From contig NC_014148.1 in assembly GCF_000092105.1 (NCBI RefSeq), forward strand, positions 4,620,001-4,652,000: DNA of 32,000 nucleotides. Direction: 5' to 3'. The stretch is from Planctopirus limnophila DSM 3776. Its GTDB lineage: Bacteria; Planctomycetota; Planctomycetia; Planctomycetales; Planctomycetaceae. Each line of letters starts with the position of its first letter. Within the stretch, counting starts at the first letter, position 1. Made by a program: the position numbers and the translations under genes. This document shows, piece by piece, positions 1-8,242 of the stretch. Under the pieces are notes generated by a model, which worked only from the letters and a program-made list of their open reading frames with translations, was not told where the DNA came from and did no database searches.

Positions 1-256
1 CTTTGATGAATTGACGAAAGGATTCGACAGCATCTCCCCAACGACTCTGGCGGTACAATCCCACGCCGTTATTAAAGTCACTCAGGTCTGCTGAATTGGC
101 AGGCGGCTGTGCCAACGTTGGCTGAAGAGCGAACGATTGGAAACCACAGATCATGGCCAGCCATAAGAGGCTTGAGCAGGCCAGGCGCGCTTTGGCCCTA
201 ATGGCACCGAGGTCATACCCTCTTGTCGAGCCGTCCTGTGGGACACAGCGATTCAT
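1..256 (-). CDS. N-terminal part of a secreted TPR-like protein (partial; continues beyond the window edge)
   Basis: Hand translation of the minus strand from the ATG at 256..254 gives MNRCVPQDGSTRGYDLGAIRAKARLACSSLLWLAMICGFQSFALQPTLAQPPANS (signal-peptide-like), then DFNNGVGLYRQSRWGDAVESFRQFIK (TPR-like). It is absent from the ORF track because the window edge truncates it. Confidence 0.45.
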   Translation of the reverse strand, partial: MNRCVPQDGSTRGYDLGAIRAKARLACSSLLWLAMICGFQSFALQPTLAQPPANSADLSDFNNGVGLYRQSRWGDAVESFRQFIK

Positions 257-432
257 CGCTCTGAGGGATTGATCATGCGTTTGCAATTGGTGCACTTCTC
301 CTTCCGATAGAAGGCCTGGCAATCCGCCTTTGAACAACATCCCCGCTGGTGATGCGTTTCGGGCCAGACGATTGCCACAGCAATAATCAGAGTAACTTTG
401 CACGGCTCGCAAAAAAAGACCGCCATCGCCAT
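253..432 (-). CDS. Candidate small Cys-rich membrane protein (59 aa from the internal Met of ORF 253..510)
   Basis: Sequence is MAMAVFFCEPCKVTLIIAVAIVWPETHHQRGCCSKADCQAFYRKEKCTNCKRMINPSER, with one hydrophobic segment and CxxC, CC and CxxC motifs. Its TGA stop (255..253) overlaps the downstream ATG (256..254) as ATGA. No SD was seen. Confidence 0.25.
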   Translation of the reverse strand: MAMAVFFCEPCKVTLIIAVAIVWPETHHQRGCCSKADCQAFYRKEKCTNCKRMINPSER

Positions 433-821
433 CCTGAGGGGGAAAGGATGACGATGGCAGTCAGTGGACTTGATGCCCAGGTTATTGGACAGGTTGCGGG
501 GCCTGCACAATTCAGGGCATCAATTCCATTCAAAACGGTCAACATCAGGTGATGGTTCGCTGAAGCCTGCTGAAAACGAACGTCATTCAGGCTTAAGCAG
601 GAAAGGCAGGCAACAGGTCAGACTCATGCGCAGGAAATAGAACCTTGCTGAGTGATACAGACTGTTCTTTCATCGCTAAGTATCGGGAAGGTGGTCGTCA
701 CGCATCGGCAAAATCTGCGGAATTCCACTCTTGCCGAATGCAACCTGCCCACCGGATGTAACGATTCTAAGGAATCTTTGAGTCAGAAATCGGCTGACTT
801 ATGGCTCAGGCACTTTGTTAA

Positions 822-848
822 GTGCCATGCTTGCAGCTCTGGGCTGTC
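822..848 (+). repeat. REP-like family R3, partial copy (gtgccatgcttgcagctctgggctgtcc)
   Basis: It shares the core catgcttgcRgctctgRgc with copies at 1128-1172, 2171-2220, 4067-4092 and 11008-11026 (reverse). Confidence 0.6.
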
Positions 849-867
849 CATTACAAACAACTTTTCA

Positions 868-1172
868 CCCACCCATGGGTGGCACGACCCTGGAGGCCCC
901 AAAAAACAAATCACAGCGAAAGGGCGTCGTTCTTGCGCGGGTGGCAGGGGTCGGATGTCTTCATCCGCCCCCAGGTCATCAAAGTTCGCAAGCACGATTG
1001 CACCTGTATTGTCCCTTCCCCTGACTATTGCCATGAACAGTCAACGCCCCATGAACTGGGGGCAAACGAGGACGTTTGACCCCAGCCACACGTCTAAACA
1101 CCTTTCGGCAAAGTTGTGTGTACGAAGCAGCAGCTCTGGGCAAGCATGGCCTCTTCAACCAACACATCACAA
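868..1172 (+). repeat. Composite repeat copy A; the MITE-like core is at 938..1090 and the flanks are shared with copy C
   Basis: Left arm 938-980 is GGGTGGCAGGGGTCGGATGTCTTCATCCGCCCCCAGGTCATC. Right arm 1056-1090 is CTGGGGGCAAACGAGGACGTTTGACCCCAGCCACA. Flanks 868-937 and 1091-1172 align by eye to the reverse complement of 10985-11345. Confidence 0.8.
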
Positions 1173-1191
1173 TGATTTCACCGAAAGCGAC

Positions 1192-2133
1192 TTATCGCTT
1201 CGGCTCTTCAGGCCATTCCAGCCTGGCACGAACGACAGGGTGATCGGATAGCTTGGTTGGAATGACTTCGGCCGAGATCGTTTTCAGGCCGCGGGTCAAA
1301 ATCCAGTCGATATGAGCGGCCTGAGTGCTGCCATTTCTTCGGGCGATAATCTCGAGCGGATCTTCTGTTCCCTCCACAGCAAGTAACGGTTTCATCAAAG
1401 GATCTTCGGGACGTGTGTTCAAATCCCCCAGCAGGATGCAAGGGGGTGCCAGTGACTTCCACAGCTCGATGAGAATGGGCCATTGTGCGGGTCGATCCGT
1501 CGTGCTGTCGAGATGCGTGGCGAGAACTGTCAGGCGAACTTCACCCATTGAGACGGGAATCAGTGCGATCTGTCGGAAGGCTTTACCTTTCGCATTAGGG
1601 AGTGGAATCGTCGCGATCTGGCCAGGAGGGCGGCTGAGCAATAGACCATTCCCGCCATTCACTTGGCCCCATTGAAACTCTGTGGGAAATTCCATGGCCC
1701 ACAGTCCCATGGATGCGCCCAACTGGCGCGAGAACGTTTTTCCATTGATCAGTACATCTTCCTGCAGGGCAATGATGTCACAGCCATCGAGCAGCTGGCG
1801 AAAGCCATCGATTTTCGCTGGTTGATCACCCCCTTTGCCGCGATGCAAATTGAACGTAGCCACCTCAAAGAGAACTGGCTGATTGGTGGAGTCCGCTTGT
1901 GGCAAATCGACCGCTGTTGGAGATAAGTCTCCATCGGCAGGTGGCGGGAAAATCGCGACTGGCTGATGGAGATCGGCAGGAACCCGGTCACTTCCCCAAG
2001 AGAGCAAAAGCGCCACCAGCAGAAACCACGGCAGAAGGATCGCGAGTTTCACACCCACAAATTTCGAATTTCGTGTCGGCGATCCAGTCAGAAGTGGCTT
2101 AGTGCCCATAAGCCGACGATCCTTCGGTAACAA
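1192..2133 (-). CDS. Endonuclease/exonuclease/phosphatase (EEP) family protein with an N-terminal membrane anchor or signal
   Basis: 313-aa ORF with EEP-type motifs ATFNLHRG, IIALQE, ATHLDS, LGDLNTRP and SDHPVV. The N-terminus has the hydrophobic segment LAILLPWFLLVALLLSW. Confidence 0.85.
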   Translation of the reverse strand: MLPKDRRLMGTKPLLTGSPTRNSKFVGVKLAILLPWFLLVALLLSWGSDRVPADLHQPVAIFPPPADGDLSPTAVDLPQADSTNQPVLFEVATFNLHRGKGGDQPAKIDGFRQLLDGCDIIALQEDVLINGKTFSRQLGASMGLWAMEFPTEFQWGQVNGGNGLLLSRPPGQIATIPLPNAKGKAFRQIALIPVSMGEVRLTVLATHLDSTTDRPAQWPILIELWKSLAPPCILLGDLNTRPEDPLMKPLLAVEGTEDPLEIIARRNGSTQAAHIDWILTRGLKTISAEVIPTKLSDHPVVRARLEWPEEPKR

Positions 2134-2170
2134 GCTGCGATCGCACTACTGGAGAGAATGATTCTGGCTC

Positions 2171-2220
2171 TGTGTGCCCTGCTTGCAGCTCTGGGCAAGC
2201 ATGTCTTCTCAACCAACACA
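2171..2220 (+). repeat. REP-like family R3 copy (tgcttgc-agctctgg-gcaagca hairpin followed by tcttctcaaccaacaca)
   Basis: The 7-bp stems 2180-2186 / 2195-2201 are complementary. The block matches 1128-1172 and the reverse complement of ~10990-11030. Confidence 0.65.
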
Positions 2221-2270
2221 GTGCTGTTATTTCATGCAAAAGGTCTCGCGTGAGACTTAACTCTTGGAAA

Positions 2271-2462
2271 TCAGTCGTCATTGACTATAGCAACACATAC
2301 AGCCAGTCCATAGGTTGCCCACAGCACTTCATCAACCCCTTCAAATCGCTTGCCAGATGATTGGTCTTTGTAAGTTTCAGTTGACGCCAGGTTGCTCGTC
2401 GCGAAATCAAGGAAACTTGCCTCTTGCTTTAACATCAAAGAATCTGCATATTTGCGGAACAT
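2271..2462 (-). CDS. Small hypothetical protein (63 aa from the internal ATG of ORF 2271..2489)
   Basis: AGGAG lies 12 nt upstream of the in-frame ATG at 2462. The composition is protein-like (MFRKYADSLMLKQEASFLDFATSNLAS...). I recognised no family. Confidence 0.3.
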   Translation of the reverse strand: MFRKYADSLMLKQEASFLDFATSNLASTETYKDQSSGKRFEGVDEVLWATYGLAVCVAIVNDD

Positions 2463-2562
2463 TTCATCGCAATTCTCCTTTCTTTGCACCGATCCCGTGA
2501 CTTGGATTCATCCACGGGACATGGATTCAGCAAACCCTGTCTGATCATTTCGGAACACTGAC

Positions 2563-4038
2563 ATGATGTGCCCATGCACTCTCCCCAGACTTCGAAGTCG
2601 TCTTGGAAATCGGCCTTCAATCCATACCTCTCTGGCAATGTTCCTCGCCTTGATGTCGGGATTGATGATCTCAGGTTGCTCCACAAGGGAGTCACCCAAT
2701 GGAGCGTATCAGAAGCTCGTTAATGGCGTCCGGAGTGAAAACTTCCAGCTGGTCGTAGACAGCCTGTCGACAGAGACCGTCAACAACACGCTCGATACCA
2801 TGCTGCGAGCGCTCAGGCCACAGATCGCGATTCTCGGCATGACCGGGCCTGGCAAGGAGTTTATCGATATCTTCAAGAGGTACGGCGTCGATCTCCAGAA
2901 GTTAGATCCCGGAACCTCTAATACCCAAATTGTCGATCGACTCACAGATCGATACCAGTGCCTGGTCGAAGTGTTGGGTTTCAGTTATCGCCTGCAAAAA
3001 CAGAATCCCGGCGGAGCAGCCGCTCTGGCGTCGTTCTCCCGCATCGGCCAGGATCCGAACACGACGTTGGCCAGTATCAAATACGACGGTGATCGCTGTA
3101 CAGCCGAAGCCCGCTATACCGTCGATGGCAAAAAGTATCGCGAGCCACTGAATTTCGTGCGGCAAGGAGGCACCTGGCGCATTGCTCAGGTTCCTTCAAC
3201 ACCAGATACCCTGGCCTCTCGTGGCCCGGTTTCAGGGAATCAGGCGGTCGCCGTTTCTACCAATTCAGCTCCCGCTCATGGAACGCCTCACGGAGAGCAT
3301 GGTGCTCCCGAGATGCAACTCGCTCAAGCGACACCCGGCACCCCTTCCGGTGGACACAATGAGTCGGCAGCTCCAGCCCCACATGCAGCTCCTGCGACAA
3401 CTCCTCCATCAACACCGGCAGGTCATGGAAGTGAGACACCGGTTCCCATGCCGCTGCCAGAACAGGCCGCCACTCCGCCAGGTCATGCTCCTGAAGGCCA
3501 GGCCCCGGGAGGGAATAACATCCCCAGGCCACAGACTCCCAATGGTCATGGTGAAATGGCCAATGCACCAGCCGGCCTTCCACCAGCAGGTGAAGGAAAT
3601 AATCCTGCCAACCCTGGTGGCGCAAATCCGGGTGGAGCAATTCCAGGTGCTGACGGCCAGAATCCTGCCAACAGCATTCCTCAGGCACCCACCTTTCCTC
3701 TGGGGACAGCCGAGTATGCCGTGCAGAAAATCTGTCTCTCAGTAGCGGCAGGTCAATACACCGGGCTCGATGGCGTGATCAGTGAAAAAGCCGATGGATT
3801 GCTGGCACAGATTCGAGACGGTGCCGTATCGGAAGACGAAATCCAGAGCCTGAAAAAGCGATTTGGTGAAGTTCGTCTGCTCAGTGTGAAACCCAAGGGA
3901 GGGACTCGCACGGTCACTTTGCAGAATACGTCGGGAGAATCTCTGGTCTTCACTCTGGCCAAGGAAGACGAAATTTTTCGCGTGAAAGATCTGGATATCA
4001 AACAGCCAGCCAGTGCCAAACGCAAAAAAGCCAGCTGA
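2563..4038 (+). CDS. Lipoprotein with a long Pro/Ala/Gly-rich low-complexity linker
   Basis: An Arg-rich n-region is followed by the hydrophobic LAMFLALMSGLMISG-C lipobox. A low-complexity region (HGTPHGEHGAPE...PPGHAPEGQAPGG...NPGGANPGGAIPG) spans ~3230-3700, and both ends look globular. An alternative start is at 2638. Confidence 0.75.
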   Translation: MMCPCTLPRLRSRLGNRPSIHTSLAMFLALMSGLMISGCSTRESPNGAYQKLVNGVRSENFQLVVDSLSTETVNNTLDTMLRALRPQIAILGMTGPGKEFIDIFKRYGVDLQKLDPGTSNTQIVDRLTDRYQCLVEVLGFSYRLQKQNPGGAAALASFSRIGQDPNTTLASIKYDGDRCTAEARYTVDGKKYREPLNFVRQGGTWRIAQVPSTPDTLASRGPVSGNQAVAVSTNSAPAHGTPHGEHGAPEMQLAQATPGTPSGGHNESAAPAPHAAPATTPPSTPAGHGSETPVPMPLPEQAATPPGHAPEGQAPGGNNIPRPQTPNGHGEMANAPAGLPPAGEGNNPANPGGANPGGAIPGADGQNPANSIPQAPTFPLGTAEYAVQKICLSVAAGQYTGLDGVISEKADGLLAQIRDGAVSEDEIQSLKKRFGEVRLLSVKPKGGTRTVTLQNTSGESLVFTLAKEDEIFRVKDLDIKQPASAKRKKAS

Positions 4039-4066
4039 TGACAAACCCGTCCCATGCTTTCTGTGC

Positions 4067-4092
4067 CATGCTTGCGGCTCTGAGCAGGCATG
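4067..4092. repeat. REP-like family R3 hairpin between convergent genes (possible bidirectional terminator)
   Basis: catgcttgc-ggctctga-gcaggcatg forms a 9-bp stem with one mismatch. It lies 29 nt after the stop of 2563..4038 and 43 nt after the end of holA on the other strand. Confidence 0.5.
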
Positions 4093-4134
4093 CTCAATAA
4101 ACTCTCCAAATGTCATTGATTTCAGCGATGGGCA

Positions 4135-5121
4135 TTATTTCCCTGAAAGCTGCATCAAGAGACGTTCCATCTGAATCCGTTCCGGGAGTTTGCTGCCACC
4201 CTTAAGACCGAGATCGGCCTCCAGCAGAATCTGGTAGAGTCGATCGGCCCGTGCTCTGCCAATCCGGCGGAAATAAGCCTCCACAGCCCCTTGATCGCGC
4301 GGAAAAACACCCGCCTCTTTCATCGCCTGAGGTAGTGGCATCGATCGCGAAAGTTCGGCTGCAATCGCCAGTTTTCGATAAACGAACGAAATCCCACCCA
4401 GCAGCTTTTGGGGAGCTTCATTGGCGCGCAGCAGGTCTTCCAGGCATTCGAGACTGCGTGCCAATTGGCCATCTCGGGCTGCATCGGTCATTGACCAGGT
4501 GGTTTCGGTGGTCCACCCCCCGACCATACTGCGGACATCTTCAAGTTCAATCTGTGTTCTCGCTCCTGTGTATGAAGAGAGCTTACTGAGTTCCTGCTCA
4601 TAAGTTCCGAGATCTTCGCCGACGAGTTCCACCAGCAGTGAGAGCGCCTCGCGCGTGAGTGTTTTCCCAAACTGAACCTTGGCCAGATTGGTCAGCCACT
4701 TGTTGAGTGCCGGCCCTTTGAGTTCGCTGCAATCAACTTCGAGGCCTTTCGAGGCACAGAGCTTGGCGATGCGCGTGGTCTTGGGGAGCGATTTCACTTC
4801 CAGCAGCAGAATCGATTTTTTAGCGGGCTGCTCGAAATATTTCTCGATGGAGCCACGATACTTCGAGACGAAATCGTCGGCCTCTTCAATGACAATCAGG
4901 CGGCGGTCGCCCCACATCGAAACCATCGAAAGTTCGTCTTTGACGTTCGGCCACTCTGCCGTTTTACCAGTAAGCCTGGTGAGAGACGCATCGTCTCCGC
5001 CCAATGCCAGCTCGATCAGCCGGGCCAGCACATTCTGACGCAGCTTCCATTGAGTCCCCACGCAAATGATCACCGGCGGCAACGTCGGTTGAGCATCAGC
5101 CAGAAACTCCGTCGCGTGCAT
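4135..5121 (-). CDS. holA: DNA polymerase III delta subunit
   Basis: Length and layout are typical of HolA, for example ...RLIVIEEADDF..., EQELSKLSSY, F.MTDAARDGQLARSLECLEDLL, PQKLLGGISFVYRKL and LEADLGLKGG. GGGAG lies 7 nt upstream of the ATG at 5121, whereas the track start at 5178 has no such support. Confidence 0.8.
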   Translation of the reverse strand: MHATEFLADAQPTLPPVIICVGTQWKLRQNVLARLIELALGGDDASLTRLTGKTAEWPNVKDELSMVSMWGDRRLIVIEEADDFVSKYRGSIEKYFEQPAKKSILLLEVKSLPKTTRIAKLCASKGLEVDCSELKGPALNKWLTNLAKVQFGKTLTREALSLLVELVGEDLGTYEQELSKLSSYTGARTQIELEDVRSMVGGWTTETTWSMTDAARDGQLARSLECLEDLLRANEAPQKLLGGISFVYRKLAIAAELSRSMPLPQAMKEAGVFPRDQGAVEAYFRRIGRARADRLYQILLEADLGLKGGSKLPERIQMERLLMQLSGK

Positions 5122-5319
5122 GGTATGCTCCCATCGAACAATTCTGTGCCGGGCGTCATGATGGAATAGCGTAATCATTCGCCGGGGCGTTTGTCAGCCC
5201 ATGCGGATTGATCGATGATGATGGACCATCGATTGGAAAACCTGGCATCGACGATTGGCATTTTTCTCTACAATATGAAGTGATTCGATCCGCGATCCTC
5301 CCTTCTAAGGACTTGAAGG

Positions 5320-6648
5320 ATGCCCACTGCACACTCCCCAGACGAGCGCATGCCACAATCGAGCCGACGAGAATTCATCAGCCAGCTGACCTGGTTAGGT
5401 GGTTGTGCAGTCTTGAGCAGCACTGCTGCCGGCTTTGCAGCTGGGCAAATTTCAGCAGCCGAAGTCGATTCATCGGCCAGCGATCATTGGAATCAGTGGC
5501 GCGGGCCACAGAGAACCGGTTTTGCTACCCGAAGTTCGACACCCGATTCACTCGATGAATCGCATCTGCAGACCCTCTGGAATGTCCCTCTCGAACCCAG
5601 TTATTCCGGCCCTCTGATTTCAGGTAATGCCGTTTATACGACCGCCACAGTGGGCCAGAAGACCGAACACGTCTACCGGCTCGATCGAACCACGGGCAAA
5701 AAAATCTGGGAACAATCGTGGGAGGGTGCCATCTCCGTCCCCTTCTTTGCCAAAGCGAATGGTGACTGGATTCGCGGGACACCCGCCCTGGCTGGCTCGC
5801 GTCTGTATGTCCCGGGGATTCGAGATCTGCTGGTCTGCCTGAATGCAGAAAATGGCGAGATTCTCTGGAAGCTCGATTTCGTGTCGAAGTTCAAGGCAGC
5901 ACTCCCCACCTTCGGCTTTGTGGCTTCACCTCTGGTAACGGAAAAAATGGTCTTCGTGCAGGCGGGCGGAGCTGTCTGTGCTCTCGATCCAGAAAAGGGA
6001 GACCTCCTCTGGCGATCATTCGATGATGGCGGCGGCATGAATGGCAGCGCCTTCTCATCACCCTTTCTGGCAGAGATCGATGGTCAGACACAACTGCTGA
6101 TTCAATCCCGCGAAAAACTGGCCGGGCTGGTCCCCCAAACAGGAGAAGTCCTCTGGCAGATTCCGATCCCCGCATTTCGCGGCATGAACATCACCACCCC
6201 CGTCGTCTGGAATGGCTGTGTCTTTACCAGCAGTTATGGCGGTGGTTCCTTCCTCATGAAGCCAGAGCAGACTTCGCCCGGCAAATGGACGGTCAACGAA
6301 GTCTGGAAGAACAAAGTTCAAGGATATATGTCGACCCCGATTGTCTCCGGCGACCATGCCTATCTGCATCTGCGGAATCAGCGATTTGCCTGCATTGATC
6401 TCAAGACGGGTAAAGAAGCCTGGATCACGCAGCCCTTTGGCAAGTATTGGAGCCTCGTCGCCATCGGCAATCGCCTGCTGACATTGGACGAAACCGGTGA
6501 GTTGCGGCTGATTCTCATGACACCCGAGAAGTTCGAGCAGATCAGCTCTCGATCTCTCAAAGACAACAGCTGGGCTCACCTGGCGGTGGCTGGCCAAGAG
6601 ATTGCGATCCGCGACCTGAATGGACTAACCCTCTACAAGTGGACCTAG
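5320..6648 (+). CDS. Tat-exported PQQ-like (BamB-type) beta-propeller repeat protein
   Basis: It has the twin-arginine motif SRREFISQL followed by a hydrophobic stretch. Repeated motifs such as G.L.A.D..TG...W occur throughout (LDRTTGKKIWE, LNAENGEILWK, LDPEKGDLLWR, VPQTGEVLWQ, IDLKTGKEAW). AAGGA lies just upstream of the ATG. Confidence 0.85.
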   Translation: MPTAHSPDERMPQSSRREFISQLTWLGGCAVLSSTAAGFAAGQISAAEVDSSASDHWNQWRGPQRTGFATRSSTPDSLDESHLQTLWNVPLEPSYSGPLISGNAVYTTATVGQKTEHVYRLDRTTGKKIWEQSWEGAISVPFFAKANGDWIRGTPALAGSRLYVPGIRDLLVCLNAENGEILWKLDFVSKFKAALPTFGFVASPLVTEKMVFVQAGGAVCALDPEKGDLLWRSFDDGGGMNGSAFSSPFLAEIDGQTQLLIQSREKLAGLVPQTGEVLWQIPIPAFRGMNITTPVVWNGCVFTSSYGGGSFLMKPEQTSPGKWTVNEVWKNKVQGYMSTPIVSGDHAYLHLRNQRFACIDLKTGKEAWITQPFGKYWSLVAIGNRLLTLDETGELRLILMTPEKFEQISSRSLKDNSWAHLAVAGQEIAIRDLNGLTLYKWT

Positions 6649-6683
6649 AGCATCACTGTCAAAGCGATTATTGGCAAAGCGAT

Positions 6684-6725
6684 GAGCCCGCTGATCAAGA
6701 TCGATCAGCGGGCTCAATTTCTTTT
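6684..6725. terminator. Intrinsic, probably bidirectional terminator between convergent genes
   Basis: A perfect 13-bp stem GAGCCCGCTGATC (6684-6696) / GATCAGCGGGCTC (6703-6715) has a 6-nt loop and is followed by aatttctttt on the plus strand. Confidence 0.65.
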
Positions 6726-6739
6726 AACAGTTAGAGCAA

Positions 6740-6925
6740 TCAGGCAGCTTCTGAGAGCTCTTCTTCGTCTTCGTCGTAGACGAGGTAATAAATCGTGTTC
6801 GAAAGCTCTTCAATGTGCGATCGAATGGTTTCGCTCGTGACCGATCCTGCTAACTCTTCGAGAGCAGCCACAACTCGATCCACTTCATCGCTCGAGATTT
6901 CTTCGAATTCGAGATCTTCAGACAC
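6740..6925 (-). CDS. Small, highly acidic hypothetical protein (61 aa)
   Basis: A GTG start is preceded by GGAGGGAG 6-8 nt upstream. The sequence is MSEDLEFEEISSDEVDRVVAALEEL...YDEDEEELSEAA, and the terminator hairpin lies just downstream. Confidence 0.55.
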   Translation of the reverse strand: MSEDLEFEEISSDEVDRVVAALEELAGSVTSETIRSHIEELSNTIYYLVYDEDEEELSEAA

Positions 6926-7184
6926 AGGTTTCTCCCTCCATTGAGATCACTGGAAGCAAGATCTTCTTGACCGAAGGCTACATATCCTTCATTTCTGAGA
7001 AGACCTGCAGTGCCTTGGGTATCGGCTGTCACTCTCAGGGCTTTGCACTGCAAAACCATCGCCACCAACGATCCCGGCGAAACGAACTTCTGGCTTCGAT
7101 CCATTCGCTAGAACAGGTTCATTTTGACAAGCCTGTCAAACTTTAGCGGTCAGGCAGACTGATCGGCCCGGGATCGACCTCCCG

Positions 7185-7409
7185 CTATTGAGCTTTCTTC
7201 TTTGGCTTGGCGGCAGCTTTGCCAGAAGACTTTCCTGAAGCAGATTTCGACAGCTTGCCATTGGGTTGGCCAGGCGTTTTAGCTTTTGTCTTCGATGAAT
7301 TTTTAGCACCCGTTGCAGTTTTCGAACTGCTGGTCGTCTTGCCAAAAATACGATCCCACCCATCAGAAAACTCAGCCGTCGCCCCCGTATGCACCGTGTA
7401 ACCAGTCAT
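7185..7409 (-). CDS. Small Lys/Ser-rich basic protein (74 aa)
   Basis: The internal ATG at 7409 is preceded by AAGGAG ~8 nt upstream. The sequence runs MTGYTVHTGATAEFSDGWDRIFGK followed by a K/S-rich tail. The longer track ORF (to 7478) has no SD support. Confidence 0.6.
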   Translation of the reverse strand: MTGYTVHTGATAEFSDGWDRIFGKTTSSSKTATGAKNSSKTKAKTPGQPNGKLSKSASGKSSGKAAAKPKKKAQ

Positions 7410-7573
7410 CAGTCCGCACTCCTTTCTATGTTCTTTGGAGGAAGAGACTCTGAAAACCACTGGAGCAGTCCCCCTCAACTGAAATTGTAGATTGCCGACG
7501 TCCTGCTCGCGATAGACATTTTCCTGGCCATTGGCTTACCCGGCCACCAGCTCTTCTCCAACTCCCAACCACC

Positions 7574-7615
7574 AAAAAAAACAACCCCCAACGACTCTCA
7601 CAAGTCGTCAGGGGT
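7574..7615 (-). terminator. Intrinsic terminator on the minus strand (hairpin plus T8)
   Basis: The minus strand reads ACCCCTGACGACT-TGTGAG-AGTCGTTGGGGG-TTGTTTTTTTT. The ACGACT/AGTCGT and CCCC/GGGG stems are followed by a run of 8 T. No convincing minus-strand ORF lies upstream of it. Confidence 0.5.
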
Positions 7616-8166
7616 CATCCGTATTCCAGCCTCAATCACAGCCCATCCTGGACAGCCACGACCAACGAAGTCACCTTCGCCCGTCATGACTGCCAGCTAG
7701 CCCGATTTCTCAATCGTCTTATGTTCAAGCTTCATTCGCTGTCGATTTTTCCGAATGCAGCTCGCGACCATTTTCGTTCAGTGCATCACAAAGTCTGTTC
7801 GTCACTGACTCAGTTCCCTACTGACCGTAGCACTCGAATTCGAGGGGAAGTACCCACAAGCAGTACTCCCACCATTGACACCTTGAGGTGTCAATCGCAC
7901 AGGATGGGCTCTGATCGAGCCACGGGAGAAACTTCGGTCCGGAATCACAAGCGGGCAGATCCCACCTGCAAGGTGCACCCTGATGAAGCCTCTCTACCCA
8001 ATCCCACTCTGTTGCGCCACCTTTCGCGTAACTAACCAAAAGCGCAGGGAATCGACCGTCTACAATGGTTATACGAATCTGGAGAGCTGCACTCAAAATC
8101 ACCGTGACATCTTGCCGTTAAAAAACTGAACTTTTGCCATTTTTTCAGGATGATTTTTCGACACGC

Positions 8167-8196
8167 TTAGCGGTAATATCTCGTAAGAGATATAAT
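8167..8196 (+). promoter_or_regulatory. Candidate sigma70-like promoter for the 8243 gene
   Basis: A perfect TATAAT at 8191-8196 lies 47 nt upstream of the ATG. A weak -35 TTAGCG at 8167-8172 gives an 18-nt spacer. The surrounding sequence is extremely AT-rich. Confidence 0.3.
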
Positions 8197-8242
8197 TAAA
8201 ATAAGCGCAGTGTGACACGACAACAATCAAGATGGTTACGTC

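Noticed and set aside
652-1251. 199-aa plus-strand ORF, together with the overlapping ORFs at 783..1034, 815..1024, 822..1079 and 979..1170
   Set aside because: These ORFs run through the R3 and MITE-like repeats. Their recurring peptides (ACSSG, GGRGRMSS, WGQTRTFDPSH) reappear wherever the repeats occur, in different frames and on both strands, so they are translation artefacts of repeats.
6058-6597. 179-aa minus-strand ORF
   Set aside because: It is antisense to the PQQ-like beta-propeller gene and is a shadow ORF.
7621-8100. tmRNA, RNase P RNA, SRP RNA or retron msr/msd identity for the structured non-coding stretch
   Set aside because: I found no tRNA-like acceptor or T-arm (GGTTCGA..CCA) and no plausible tag ending in hydrophobic residues. 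There is no GAGGAAAGTCC / ACAGAA RNase P core and no SRP GGAA motif. No reverse transcriptase gene is adjacent, and the 525-aa neighbour lacks a YxDD motif. I kept it only as an unclassified candidate.
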